Assembly: GCA_009602725.1 (NCBI GenBank)
Contig: WELB01000011.1
Span: 728,652-767,784 of the forward strand
Source of the DNA: Spirogloea muscicola
Lineage: Eukaryota
Direction of reading: 5' to 3'
Length of the DNA stretch: 39,133 bases
Below are positions 13,110-29,275 of the stretch, piece by piece. The notes beneath the pieces were generated by a model. That model was given only the letters and a program-made list of their open reading frames with translations, was not told the DNA's origin and did not search any database. The translations under genes were made by a program, and so were the position numbers. Position 1 is the stretch's first letter, and every line of letters begins with the position of its first letter.

Positions 13110-15545
13110 AGCCCCAGAGTTGTGCATGGGTGCCATCATTCATTTATGTATATCAATTGGGACCTGTTCATATGAACACGTGTTAACGTCACTGTACGGG
13201 AGGCCTACGGTATGGGGGCCCACCCCTTCTCTCCTCGTCGGGCTCAATTTCACACGTGTTCAGTGGCTGCTCATTGATGTTCATGCTAGTGAGCCCTTTA
13301 CTTCCACTATTCCATTACTCCAAGATGGGCTTGAGACTCTTACACTACCTTCCACCACCTTCGGGGCCTTCCATGGCCAAGTGCTGCCACTGCAGGGTCA
13401 TACTGTGTTGTGTATGCAATGGCCTGACAATGTATTGTATTATTTTTGTTGCTCTGCAACACCTGTTCAGGTCCATTCTTCATGATTGACGCTCTCAGTT
13501 GCAGACGTGAGTTGTCATGAGCATTCTACAATGGCCTACTGATTATGACGGGTCTCCACGGTATGTTTACCTGTTATTCGTATTTGGCTGTGGAGGGGCT
13601 AAGGGAGGCAAGACTGGCAAGTGTCTCTGCCTGTAGCTTCAACATGGCTATTACTTGATCCCAGCATTCAGTGCTCAGAGTGCCGCTGCTGGAATGTCAC
13701 TAGGTGCTGAAGAGTCTTCGGATGTTGGACAGTGCACTTTCGTGGTCGAGGGCGTCAACTCTGCTCCGCTGGTCAAGCGCGTCAACTTCGCTCCACTAAA
13801 AGAAAGCACCAAGCCGCAGGTGTAGTAACTGTATGAAACAGGATGGTGTCAGCCGACCTGGTATTCTCTTCATTTAGAGCAGATCGTCAAGCTCCAGAGC
13901 TCCTCCTGTAGGAGAGGACACCCTTCAGAGGCGACAGGAGTCAGTGCTGTTAGAGAGGTGGTGTAAGGCGAGCAGGGGACAGAGGAGGGATAGAGGGGGA
14001 GCTGCTGGTGGGGTGAGCGAGTAGTGGGGGAGTAAATGAGGCACGAAGCTGGGGGGGTTCGGCAGGCAGTTGCTGTTGCTGCCAAAGCCAGCAAAGTGCT
14101 CGCAAACAGTTGGCTCCTGTAAGAGGCCATGCTATAGAAGCCAGAGAAGAGGCTGAAAGAGGCTGTTGTGAAAGGGCAGCCCAGACAGTAAGGAGAAACT
14201 CAGGAGGAAGCAGGATACAAAAATTTGCGTAGATTAGACAGGTATAACGTGCGTCTTACTGAAGCCTCTCGCCAGGAGGAGCCGCTGAGTGACAGATTGT
14301 ATGACGAAGTTGGAAGAGCTGAAGAGGGAGCTAAATCAGGCCACGCAGCTCTGGAGCTCATCCAGCACAGTGACGCAGTGCAAGAAGTTTGGAGCAGTAG
14401 ATGGTCACAGACAGCAATCTACTACACAGACACAAGACCTGAGGGCACGAAGCCTTCAGAAGCGTACCCTTCTCGCATTGCCTAATCTCAGTCAAGCAAG
14501 CAAGCAGCTCAAGCACACTGGACAACCTGCCACAGTTACCCATCGTATGTCTCGCCAGCATCGTGGTCCTGGTACTGGTTATTGAGTGGTCAGGACAAAG
14601 TTGACCGTGCCTTCTTTGAAGTGATGAGTGAGGACGACAATCAGAAGGAGCTGCCTGCACTTTCAAGAGGAACCACCATCCCAAGTACAAAAACACATCG
14701 AACACCCGGGCTTCGGACACAAGCACCAGTTCTCTGAGGGCGGCTCGGATCTCAATATGTACAAAAACGCACGATGCGCTATCCAGAAGAGCTTGCTACG
14801 CAATGGCCCCAAGCGCAGCGCAATTAAGCAGCCATGCAAATCTTAATCTGAAAGCAGAATTGGAGGGGTACGTGGTAGGGTGGGGCAGGTAATGAGCGAA
14901 GGATAATTAAGGAGGCAAGGACTTTGTCTCTGCGATTTTTGACTCAGCATACGAGTTTGTTTGGCAATCTTAATGTATTGGACAGACTGTCTGGCAGGAA
15001 CTGCTCTCGACAGAAAACGGAAATCTGCTCGCTTACTGAGGATGGCCGGAGCTCAACGTGCTGTGCCGATCAAAAATGACCTGTCACTAAAGACGGAGGA
15101 GGTTTGGACAATATTGGTTGGCGTACTTAGGTTTTTGCGTGAATTCCAAAGAGGAGGCCTGCCACTAGTTCGGCACCGAGCATAATTCGTGTCAGATCCA
15201 TCTCTATTCCCCATGATTGTGAGAGATTCACCGTCTTCTGCCCATCCGGCAGAAGACGGTATGACCATAAATTACGCATTAACACATGGCCGCTCCGATG
15301 GCCGCAGGTGGCCGGCGAACACCACAATGAAAACTGCTGCAAATCAGATTGAACGGCGCTCCTCACTCATATGTTCCACCGTTGCATAGGCTAAAGAGTC
15401 ACTTGTTGACACACTCGTTGGCCTGACACCTTCATGGATGCGACTGAAGGTATCTCAAAAAGAATCGAAGCAGAGTGACATGTATGCATAGAGCAGGCAG
15501 CACAAGCTTAGCCGCAACAAGGATGGTGGTTGTAAGGGGTGAAGG

Positions 15546-16448
15546 CTACAGGCTTGGCAAGTGAGGCTGCAATATGGGGGCTCTAAGTTGCCCCTTGGGC
15601 ATGATATAGCAATGATTGCATGTTGGTGACAAGGTGGCACGCGCAGCAACTAGCAGGCCGTGACTTCCCGGCAGGCTGGCAAGAGGCGGGCTGGTGCAGA
15701 CAGTGCAGCGTGCCAGTGATGCCTCCGCAGGGTGAAGCGAGACAGGCAGCACTTGCCAATGGGCTGCCATGGCTGCAGCGCCTCCGAGCCCCTGGAGCTG
15801 TCCACCTGTGCCAGTCCAACGAGGGCAAGTGCTCAGGAACTGGCAAGTGGGTGCTCGACGGCAGACAGGCATCGTTACAGGGAGGACGAAGATGGGGTCA
15901 GAGAGCCCCTCGTGCGCACCGGGAGGAGCTCGTAGGAGTTGGCGTCCAGGCCGAGCAGCGGCAGCCGGTCGCCGCGCCGGTGCTCGGCCAGGGCGAGCGC
16001 GATGACGCGCTGCACCGGGGTGCTGCGGGGCACAGCGAGCGCCAGCGGCTGGCCGTTGCCGGCCACGCCGACCGCCACCCGCACCAGCTCCTCGTCCCCC
16101 TGCTCCACACGAGTCTCCACCAAGCTGCCATGAGCATTGCCGGCCCGTCGCCAGTTGTGCCAACGCAGACGACAGAGCCGCAGCCATGGTAGTGCAGCGC
16201 TGGAGTGAGGCGCGACCCCTCACCCGCTGCTCGGCTGGCTCGTGGTTCTTTAGCAGCGTGGACAGCTGCGACTTGACCGCCCGGCGGTCGGCGACGGCTC
16301 GGGAGGCGAAGCCGCCATCGAGCGCGGCGGTCACGGCGGCGACGGGCTCCGCGGGCCGGAAGCGCACGACGTGGCGGGGCAGGTGCAGCGGCGGCGGCGG
16401 CGGCGGCGCGCTGGCCGCCCTGTGCCACAGAGCCGGCAACGGGGCCTC
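15546..16448 (-). CDS. DUF7054 / At4g22758-like plant protein, 5' end lost in the assembly gap
   Basis: The exon at ~16123-15919 reads LVRVAVGVAGNGQPLALAVPRSTPVQRVIALALAEHRRGDRLPLLGLDANSYELL, like the V.V.GS.GP...V..VI..AL..Y.REGRLP.LG pattern of this family. The next exons read SEALQPWQPIG|.LPGSHGLL. The 3' end is tentative. Confidence 0.7.
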   Translation of the reverse strand, partial: EAPLPALWHRAASAPPPPPPLHLPRHVVRFRPAEPVAAVTAALDGGFASRAVADRRAVKSQLSTLLKNHEPAEQRVRGRASLQRCTTMAAALSSALAQLATGRQCSWQLGGDSCGAGGRGAGAGGGRRGRQRPAAGARCAPQHPGAARHRARPGRAPARRPAAAARPGRQLLRAPPGAHEGLSDPIFVLPVTMPVCRRAPTCQFLSTCPRWTGTGGQLQGLGGAAAMAAHWQVLPVSLHPAEASLARCTVCTSPPLASLPGSHGLLVAARATLSPTCNHCYIMPKGQLRAPILQPHLPSL

Positions 16449-17074
16449 NNNNNNNNNNNNNNNNNNNNNNNNNNNNNNNNNNNNNNNNNNNNNNNNNNNN
16501 NNNNNNNNNNNNNNNNNNNNNNNNNNNNNNNNNNNNNNNNNNNNNNNNNNNNNNNNNNNNNNNNNNNNNNNNNNNNNNNNNNNNNNNNNNNNNNNNNNNN
16601 NNNNNNNNNNNNNNNNNNNNNNNNNNNNNNNNNNNNNNNNNNNNNNNNNNNNNNNNNNNNNNNNNNNNNNNNNNNNNNNNNNNNNNNNNNNNNNNNNNNN
16701 NNNNNNNNNNNNNNNNNNNNNNNNNNNNNNNNNNNNNNNNNNNNNNNNNNNNNNNNNNNNNNNNNNNNNNNNNNNNNNNNNNNNNNNNNNNNNNNNNNNN
16801 NNNNNNNNNNNNNNNNNNNNNNNNNNNNNNNNNNNNNNNNNNNNNNNNNNNNNNNNNNNNNNNNNNNNNNNNNNNNNNNNNNNNNNNNNNNNNNNNNNNN
16901 NNNNNNNNNNNNNNNNNNNNNNNNNNNNNNNNNNNNNNNNNNNNNNNNNNNNNNNNNNNNNNNNNNNNNNNNNNNNNNNNNNNNNNNNNNNNNNNNNNNN
17001 NNNNNNNNNNNNNNNNNNNNNNNNNNNNNNNNNNNNNNNNNNNNNNNNNNNNNNNNNNNNNNNNNNNNNNNNNN
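16449..17074. other. Assembly gap (N run)
   Basis: Continuous N. Confidence 1.
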
Positions 17075-17693
17075 GGGCGGGTGGGGGAGGGAGGAGGGAG
17101 GGCGGGGGGTGCCGCCCAGGCGAGGCGGGCCCACGGGCGCCCGAGCGGCTGTCGGGGAGGGAAGGAGCGCCCCCCCTGATCCACCCCTCTCCACCACGTG
17201 GCACGAGCACCTTGCGGCGCGCCGTCAGCACGACACGTGGGGCGGGGCGTGCCCGGCAGCGGCCCTGGTGGTATGCAAAGATGCTGGCGCCGCCGGCGTG
17301 GCCGCGCGCGCCGCCACCACGGCAGCGGGGCCGGCGGGGCCACCTTCGCCGCCGCTGAATCTTCCGCCCCCCTCGCTCCTTCCGTTCTGCCACCCCGCCC
17401 CTCTGGGCAGCCTCTGGCGTGCGCAGCGAATTGCTCTTCCCCCCCTCAGCTCATCTGGCTTCCTACTGCTGACACGGGAGTTCTATGCTTCGCTTCCCCT
17501 GGCCCACTTCTCGTACTCTGTTCATTCTTTTTTGGGCTGGCTTTCCCGGCCCCTATCCTCAATGGGCGAGCCCTCCTCTGAGCGCCCTGTCTGCCTAGCC
17601 TGTCGCTTCACTAAACACAGTCATGAACCCACGTCTGTGTGCGGGCGGGCTCTCTCCCCTATCCTCAATGGGCGAGCATTTTCTCTCTTTTAG

Positions 17694-18292
17694 AGCCGCC
17701 GTTTCTTGCGCTTGCAGTCGAGGTCCACAGGGGGCGTTGGGACTAGCTGGCTCGACACACTCCAGTTACTTGCGCGGAGGGCTGTGTCCCGCCCCACCGC
17801 GGGGTTGGCTTTGCCAGCCCCTCTTCTCTATGGGCGAGCTCTTCTCTTCTTCAGGCCCATTCGTAGCTGGTAACCGGTATTGGCCCCTTCGAACCTTCGT
17901 CAGTTCTTTTCGGGCTGGCTTTTCACAGCCCTTGCCCCCATTGGGAGTGCCACTTGACAAGTCGCATGCTGTGCTGTTGAGCAAGCGACCCGACGGCTTT
18001 GAAGCCGGGCTGCTCGCTCTGCTGCCCTCAGAAGTGGCACTCCCAATGGGGCAAGGGCTGTGAAAAGCCAGCCCGAAAAGAATTGACAAAGGTTCGCAGG
18101 GGCCAAGACCGCTTAGCAGCTACGAAGGGGCCTGGAGAAGAGTAGAGCTCGCCCATAGAGAAGAGGGGCTGGCAAAGCCAACCCGGCGGTGGGGCGGGAC
18201 ACAGCCCTCCGCGCAAGTAGCTGGAGTGTGTCGAGCCAGCTAGTCTCAAACGCCCCTGTGGACCTCGACTGCAAGCGCAAGAAACGGCGGCT
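17694..18292. repeat. Long inverted repeat 1: arms 17694-17955 and 18032-18292, ~76-bp loop
   Basis: The right arm is the reverse complement of the left, with roughly 13-15 differences in ~260 bp by manual alignment. Confidence 0.95.
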
Positions 18293-18759
18293 GTAAAGAA
18301 TGCGGCTGCTGATATTGAAAAATCGGCTGTAAACTGCCAGCCAGATGCATACAGGTGTTCATGACGGAGCCAAAGGCTAGGCAGACAGGGCGTCCTCAAT
18401 ACCCCGTGTCAGCAGTAGGAAGTCAGATGAGCTGAGGGGAGAAAGAGCAACCCCGCTGCGCAAACCAGAGGCTGCTGCAAGGGCGCGACCAGCCCGGCGA
18501 TGCAAAGCAATCGCCTAGGACCGCTGTAGGCACATGGATAGACGCATTCGGTAGTAGGAAACAAGACCCAAAGGAACCGAGCCACCGGGAAGAGCTGCAA
18601 CTTCTTCCCGGCGCCGCTGGTCATCTTGAGAGGCCAGCAGCGGAAGTAATGAGGACCACCGACCCCCGTAACACCCATGGATGTAAAAGAGAGAGTGATC
18701 GCCCATTGAGGATAGGGGCTGGGAAAGCCAGCCCAGAAAAGAATGAACAAAGTACGAGA

Positions 18760-19845
18760 ATGCTACACGCAGAACATCGATTTGTTTTCCATAGAAGTTC
18801 CTCATTAGAGGGGGCATCCCTCCAGCTGCTTCTGTAGAAGATCCTCACCAGAGGATCCCTCCAGCTATGTAGCAGGCAGGGCCTGGAGAACGAGTAAGTT
18901 GGCCTTGCAGCAGCTGTGGTGCCTATTTTGCAGCTTACTCCGAGGCTGAATAGGCGGTCACAGAAATACAAGCTCGAGCAAACATCCCTGCTTAAGGGCA
19001 GCTGTGACAATCTAAGCCATGGCTGTGAGAGGCCAGCCCAAAAGGAGTGTCCAAGGTCTGAAAGGCCGAAAGGTGCAGAAGGCATGAAATTACTCTTCAT
19101 GACTCCTGCGAGTGGGCGCTCAACTACCTCTTGTCAGCAAATGCAGATTAAGCTAACTAGAGGGCGAAAATGCGTCGCCCTGTCGGAACCCAGAGGCAGC
19201 AGCCAAGTCGCGGCCTGCCCGAAAGTGGACGACAAATGCTAAAACCCGGCTGGAGGGAGATGACGAGTCGCATGCTGTGCTGTTGAGCAAGCGACCCAAC
19301 GGCTTTGAAGCCGGGCTGCTCGCTCTGCTGCCCTTGACATCTCCCTGCAGCCGGGTTTTAGCATTTGTCGTCCACTTTCGGGCAGGCCGCTACTTGGCTG
19401 CTGCCTCTGGGTTTCGACAGGGCGACGCATTTTCGCCCTCTAGTTAGCTTAATCTGCAGTTGCTGACAAGAGGTAGTTGAGCGCCCACTCAGCAGGAGTC
19501 ATGAAGAGTAATTTCATGCCTTCTGCACCTTTCGGCCTTTCAGACCTTGGACACTCCTTTTGGGCTGGCCTCTCATAGCCATGGCTTAGATTGTCACAGC
19601 TGCCCGTAAGCAGGGATGTTTGCTCGAGCTTGTATTTCTGTGACCGCCTATCCAGCCTCGGAGTAAGCTGCAAAAAAGGCACTACAGCTGCTGCAAGGCC
19701 ATCTTACTCGTTCTCCAGGCCCTGCCTGCTACAGAGCTGGAGGGATCCCCCCTCTGGTGAGGATCTTCTACAGAGGCAGCTGGAGGGATGCCCCCTCTAG
19801 TGAGGAACTTCTATAGAAGACAGATTGCTGTACTGCATGTAACAT
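18760..19845. repeat. Long inverted repeat 2: arms ~18760-19262 and 19338-~19845, ~75-bp loop
   Basis: The core arms 18791-19262 and 19338-19814 differ by about 13 substitutions and 2 small indels by manual alignment. The outer ~30 bp is more diverged. Confidence 0.97.
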
Positions 19846-20397
19846 GCTGCAAGCACTTGTGCTTATTGTCTACATCATTTGGAAGTGAAGTCGAATTGGT
19901 GCCCGCTGCTTCTGCTCCTCAAAACAGAGTATGCTTGGAACGGGCAAAGAATTCATTGTGGTGTCAAAGAAAGTCCTAAGATACTCTTGCCACAATGAGC
20001 AGCAACCTCGTATCTTGCTACAATAATCTGCAAGTGATGCTGCACAGCTTTTCTAGTCTACTTGTTGATCCCACTGAAGGCTGGATCCCACTGTAAAGGA
20101 GGAGCATTTCCAGTAGGCTGATGGGTTTCCTGCTTAGATGCAGAACCTGTGTACCTGAGATGATAAATTAGTGTGCAAGGCCTTGAGAAACTCCTTTACC
20201 TCTGTATGTGCAGAGGTGATTGCAACGACACTGAAGCAGAGCAGCTTTGCTTACATGCTCACAAGGCATGAACTCTGGTGTTGGGGAGACTTCAAAGCAG
20301 CGTGATTAATTCATGGCATGGCATATCACGGCCTAAGTGACATACTTGAAGTTTGCGTCCTTCGCTCATGATGGCTAGGAATTGGCAACACTAACCT

Positions 20398-25409
<5,012 letters not shown>

Positions 25410-25583
25410 GGCGGCGGCAGGCGGCGGGCCGTCGCGCGAGGAGGAGGAGGAGCCGAATGGCAGGCAGCGGGCGAGTGCGTCGGACAGGGCGGCGAGCCAG
25501 CTGCTCATGGAGCGGCTCCCGTGGGCGGGGGGCGGACAAGAGACTGGGGATCGGGAGAAGCAGCTCTGCGAATGTTACGCCGT

Positions 25584-28010
25584 GGCTGTGGGAGGCCAGC
25601 CCAACAAAGTGTATGAGGGGCTGGGGATCCGTCGGGCTCCAGTCGCCACTCCGGCTGGCCGAGCGAGGAAGTGCCACTCACCTCTCCAGCGTGACGCGTG
25701 GCGTGGTCCGCGAAGGAAACAGCTCTTCAGCAACGACAGCGGTGGCTGTGGGAGAAGTGGCTCTCCCAATGGAAGAAAGCGCGGCCAGATTGACTGGTGG
25801 CTGGGAAAGGCCAGCCCAATGGGGGCAAGGGCTGTGGCTGTGAGATGAATGAAGGGCTGTGAGAATGAAGTGCTTCTCCCAATGGGGGCAAGGGCTGTGA
25901 AAAGCCAGCGGTTCGAAGGGGCCAAATGACAGGGGCTCTGTGAGAGAGGCTCTTTTCTTCTGAGAGGAGCTCGCCCACAGAAAAGAGGAGCTGGCAGAAG
26001 CCAGCCAAGAAAGTATGGACAAACACCAAAGAGCCACAACAGGTGCCGGAAAGAAGGGAAATACACAGCTTAGCATCTACACAACTAGACACGACGGAAC
26101 CACAGGAAGCTTAATACTCGCGGGTGAGCAACATCAGGTCAGAGTAGCTCGAAGCTGGAAAAGATGCAGGCAGACGAGACCCGGAAGCAGCAACGATAGC
26201 ACGGCCCAAAGGCTAGCCCAAAGGAATGGAGAAGGTCTGAAAGGGCCGGATGGTGCAAAAAGCAGGATACCAATCTCCAAGACGTCAGCAGCATGAAGAC
26301 AACAGCAGCTTCTCCAATGTAAGGCAGGGGCTGTAGATAAGAACGTGGCTCTCCCAAAGGAGATTTTCCGTGTATTTGAAACAAACGAAGCTTTGGACTT
26401 GGCCAAATGGCCAAGTACAAAGGCAAGCACATCTGAAGACCAAAGTAATCTACAGCAGATTGACCCGCTCAGTAACCACGGGTCAAAGGGGGCAAGGGAT
26501 ATAACAGTCAGCCCGAAATAGTCGACAAAGTCTGAAGGAACCAAAAGTGCTGGCTCAGAGCTTGGCCGGTGGGATGAATCACGTAGTAACCACGAGATAG
26601 CCAGCCCAGAAAGAGAGGACAAGGTCCGAAGGGCCAAACGAGAGAAGTGCGCGCCCAGAGAGAAGAGGGCTGGCAAAGCCAGCCCAAAAAGAATGGATAA
26701 TGTCCAAAGCCAAAGAAAGAGGTGCCGAGAAGGACTACACCAAACACGACAACCACGACTACTAAAGGCGCCTTAAACCACACAGCTATGCAAGAGACTA
26801 CAGCGGATGGGAGCTTAGTAACCCCGAGTTGGCAAGAAAGAGAAGGAACACCCCAATAATCAGAGGGCGATGATGTGAAAGCTTTTCCAAAATGGCCCGA
26901 GCCTGAACAAAAGAAGCCCGCTTCATCTGCAGGTGCAACTGGCGACGGGTGTGAATATGGTGCTCCAGAAGTTCTTCATTAGGAGGGCACTAACTGTGAA
27001 CAATTGATTCTTCCAGTAGAGGACGATGGCTGTGATCGGCCGCCAGCCCAGGAAAATGAATGAACGAAGTTCGAAGTGGCCAGAAAAGTGCTGAAGCACA
27101 CGGCGACCTAAGTGTCTACTGAATGCTCAATGCCCCCTGTTTAGCAGCCGCAGGTTGGCGAAAGTAGTCTTCACTCCAGGTAGCGGGTCCCCTGTCTATA
27201 GCCAGAGGCTGCAGCCAAAGCACGACCAGCACGCAGATGAAGCGCGTGTGCCATTGACCGCTGCAGGGATATTGACAGGCGCATGATACACCTGAGCGTG
27301 CCACGATGAGATCGGCCTGCCCATCTTGAGAACGTGGGGAGACTGCGTTTCGCGCGAGCCGATGCAGGAGCTCGAGCCACCAAGCACAGTGAAAGGAACG
27401 AAACAAGCTCATTTGTCGATTTCATCCTTCCTTCTAGTGAGCTAGCTGCTGTTATTCCCAATTATGTGGCTGCGTAAGTAAGGGTTACTGACCGGCCAGA
27501 CTTAGCGTTTCCTTGGTTTCTTGTGTGCTATTTGCTTTCAGTTTCTTCTGGACCTTGTCATCAATTGTGGGCTGGCCCCTTCGGTGGAGTGCCGCCTTCC
27601 CTGCAACGAGCTACTCCGGCCTGATGTTGCTCAGTCGAGGGTACTGAGCTTCCCTAGTGCGTTGTCGTGTTTGGTAGTGTAGTCCTTTTTCGGCACCTCT
27701 TTCTTTGGCTTTGGACATTGTCCAGTCTTTTTGCTGGCTTTGCCAGCCCTCTTCTCTATGGGCGAGCACTTCTTTTGCAACCCTTGCCTACTCTGGATGA
27801 GCTGCTTGTTCTTTCTGTACTGGCTCGCATTCCAGACCAGTGGCCACTTGAGTTGCTGAGGGCTTTAGCGCTTCTCTGGCCCCTTCAATCCTTTTTCGTA
27901 TGGGCTGGCCAAGCACAGCCATCGCCTCCACCGGATCCATCTGCTTTCATACCATCGCTCCTTTGGGAAAAGCGCTCAAATAAGATCGGGCTGGCTTTCC
28001 ACAAACCCTC
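25584..28010. mobile_element. Cluster 2 of stacked 3'-terminal retroelement fragments
   Basis: Minus-strand remnants: 26207-26111 (GRAIVAASGSRLPASFPASSYSDLMLLTREY*), ~26850-26816 (PTRGY*) and ~27290-27128 (MRLSISLQRSMAHALHLRAGRALAAASGYRQG). Plus-strand remnants: ~27470-27491 (..GY*) and 27588-27647 (SAAFPATSYSGLMLLSRGY*). Hairpins start at 25584, 25799, 25892, 25990, 26667, 27028, 27733, 27902 and 27988. Confidence 0.75.
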
Positions 28011-29275
28011 GGCACCTTTGCAAGAGCTACTGCTTCTTCTAAGAAAACATCTTTGCTTTTCCGCCAGTATGGACCAGTTTACTTCCCCCAATTTCCACCA
28101 GCTCCTGAAGGTGCCATGTGGCAGCCACCACGGCTTCCCCAGACTCCTTGGCCACCTTGGCCTACTGGGGGAGGGATACTCCAGATTTGCTAATCAGCGT
28201 GCTTGCATTCCCGAAGTCAGGCTACCCGCTTACATGGCCGTGCTCCAGCTCCCCAAATGAGTCTGTCCAACTCGTGTATGCTCATTGCTGTGAGCTCTCC
28301 TCCAGCCTTGCTTTTGGCCTGTATCCTTTGAAAAGGCCTGTGGTTTTGGTGTAGACCCATCGCTTTCAATCCTCTGCGTTTCGTTTGCATAGACAGAGAT
28401 TTAGCTCGGCTTGGCCCCCTTTTTAACACAGGCGCATTGCACATCTTTGCTTTCCAAAATCCAGCGCCACCTCCACCACACTCCCGCTACTCTGTCCTGG
28501 CATCTTATTCAGTCCACTTTATCCTGAGTTCTCCGGCTGCCGCCGCCACATCAGGAGGGGCCTCCAAGCTGCTGCAAGACCTCCAAAGGGGGCTGTCCAC
28601 TAGCCCTCACGCCCAGCGCTGGCGCTCTCCTAATGCACAGCTCTCCTAGTCTCATGAATGCAGTATTTAAAACGATGTCAATTGGACACTACGCACCTTG
28701 TGTATCAAATGCCAGCTGCAGCATTGAGAGCAGTCAAAAGCAAGTTGCTTGTACCAACATGAGATGAGGCACTCCTCCAGGCATAACATGCATACATGCA
28801 TACATGCAGTCTAACTGTGGACAAGCAGTCACGATGACAACAAGCTCACTACTTCTCCCAAGTAACACCTCAAGAATTGGACAGGCGAAGGCATAAAGCA
28901 CACGCTATGGGGCCAAGAATTGTGTCGGTATGCACACTTTCAGCTGTTGCAGCAACATCTATCTAATGCCGCATCCCAAGTCTGAAGGAGACAATTAAAT
29001 CTGCAAATACCGAATGTTCGAACGAGATGCAAGAGTTAGAAAGCTGCACTGATGAAAGCCAAGCTACGAAGCAGAAAGAGTGCGACCAGTCAAGATTAGA
29101 TCCAGTCACAGTGCTATATGCACGGAATGGCCACCATTGACGGATTGGGGCGCAAGGTTATAAGAATGCCTGCTCTGCACACTCATACCTGCGGAACCTG
29201 AATGGCCATGCCTTTGAGAGCAGATCGACCGTGCGCAGGCTGTCTAGCGCAGATTGTTAAACACCTCGATGTTTA

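Larger units (their letters stand above)
17407..19845. mobile_element. Cluster 1 of stacked 3'-terminal retroelement fragments, both orientations
   Basis: C-terminal remnants occur at 17407-17480(+), 17698-17795(+) with its inverse, 18690-18396(-; YYRMRLSMCLQRS*AIALHRRAGRALAAASGLRSGVALSPLSSSDFLLLTRGY*) and 19339-19480(+; HFRAGRYLAAASGFRQGDAF..LQLLTRGS*) with its inverse. Hairpins start at 17534, 17802, 17912, 18055, 18166, 18716, 19021 and 19562. Confidence 0.75.

Noticed and set aside
15546..17693. Long ORFs of 288-615 aa in the ORF track
   Set aside because: They are artefacts of reading through the 626-nt N gap.
17407..18476. Extending inverted repeat 1 outward to 17407/18476
   Set aside because: The outer similarity is patchy with large indels and is equally explained by two related element copies in opposite orientation.
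17955..19334. Missed sequencing hairpin-adapter artefact explaining S-L-S'-L-S
   Set aside because: L does not resemble the PacBio SMRTbell adapter and aligns loosely to the retroelement peptide, and the outer flanks are not copies of the middle segment. Misassembly of another kind is still not excluded.
28010..28650. Possible further retroelement ORF remnant (e.g. LATLAYWGR)
   Set aside because: The similarity is too weak to support without a profile search.
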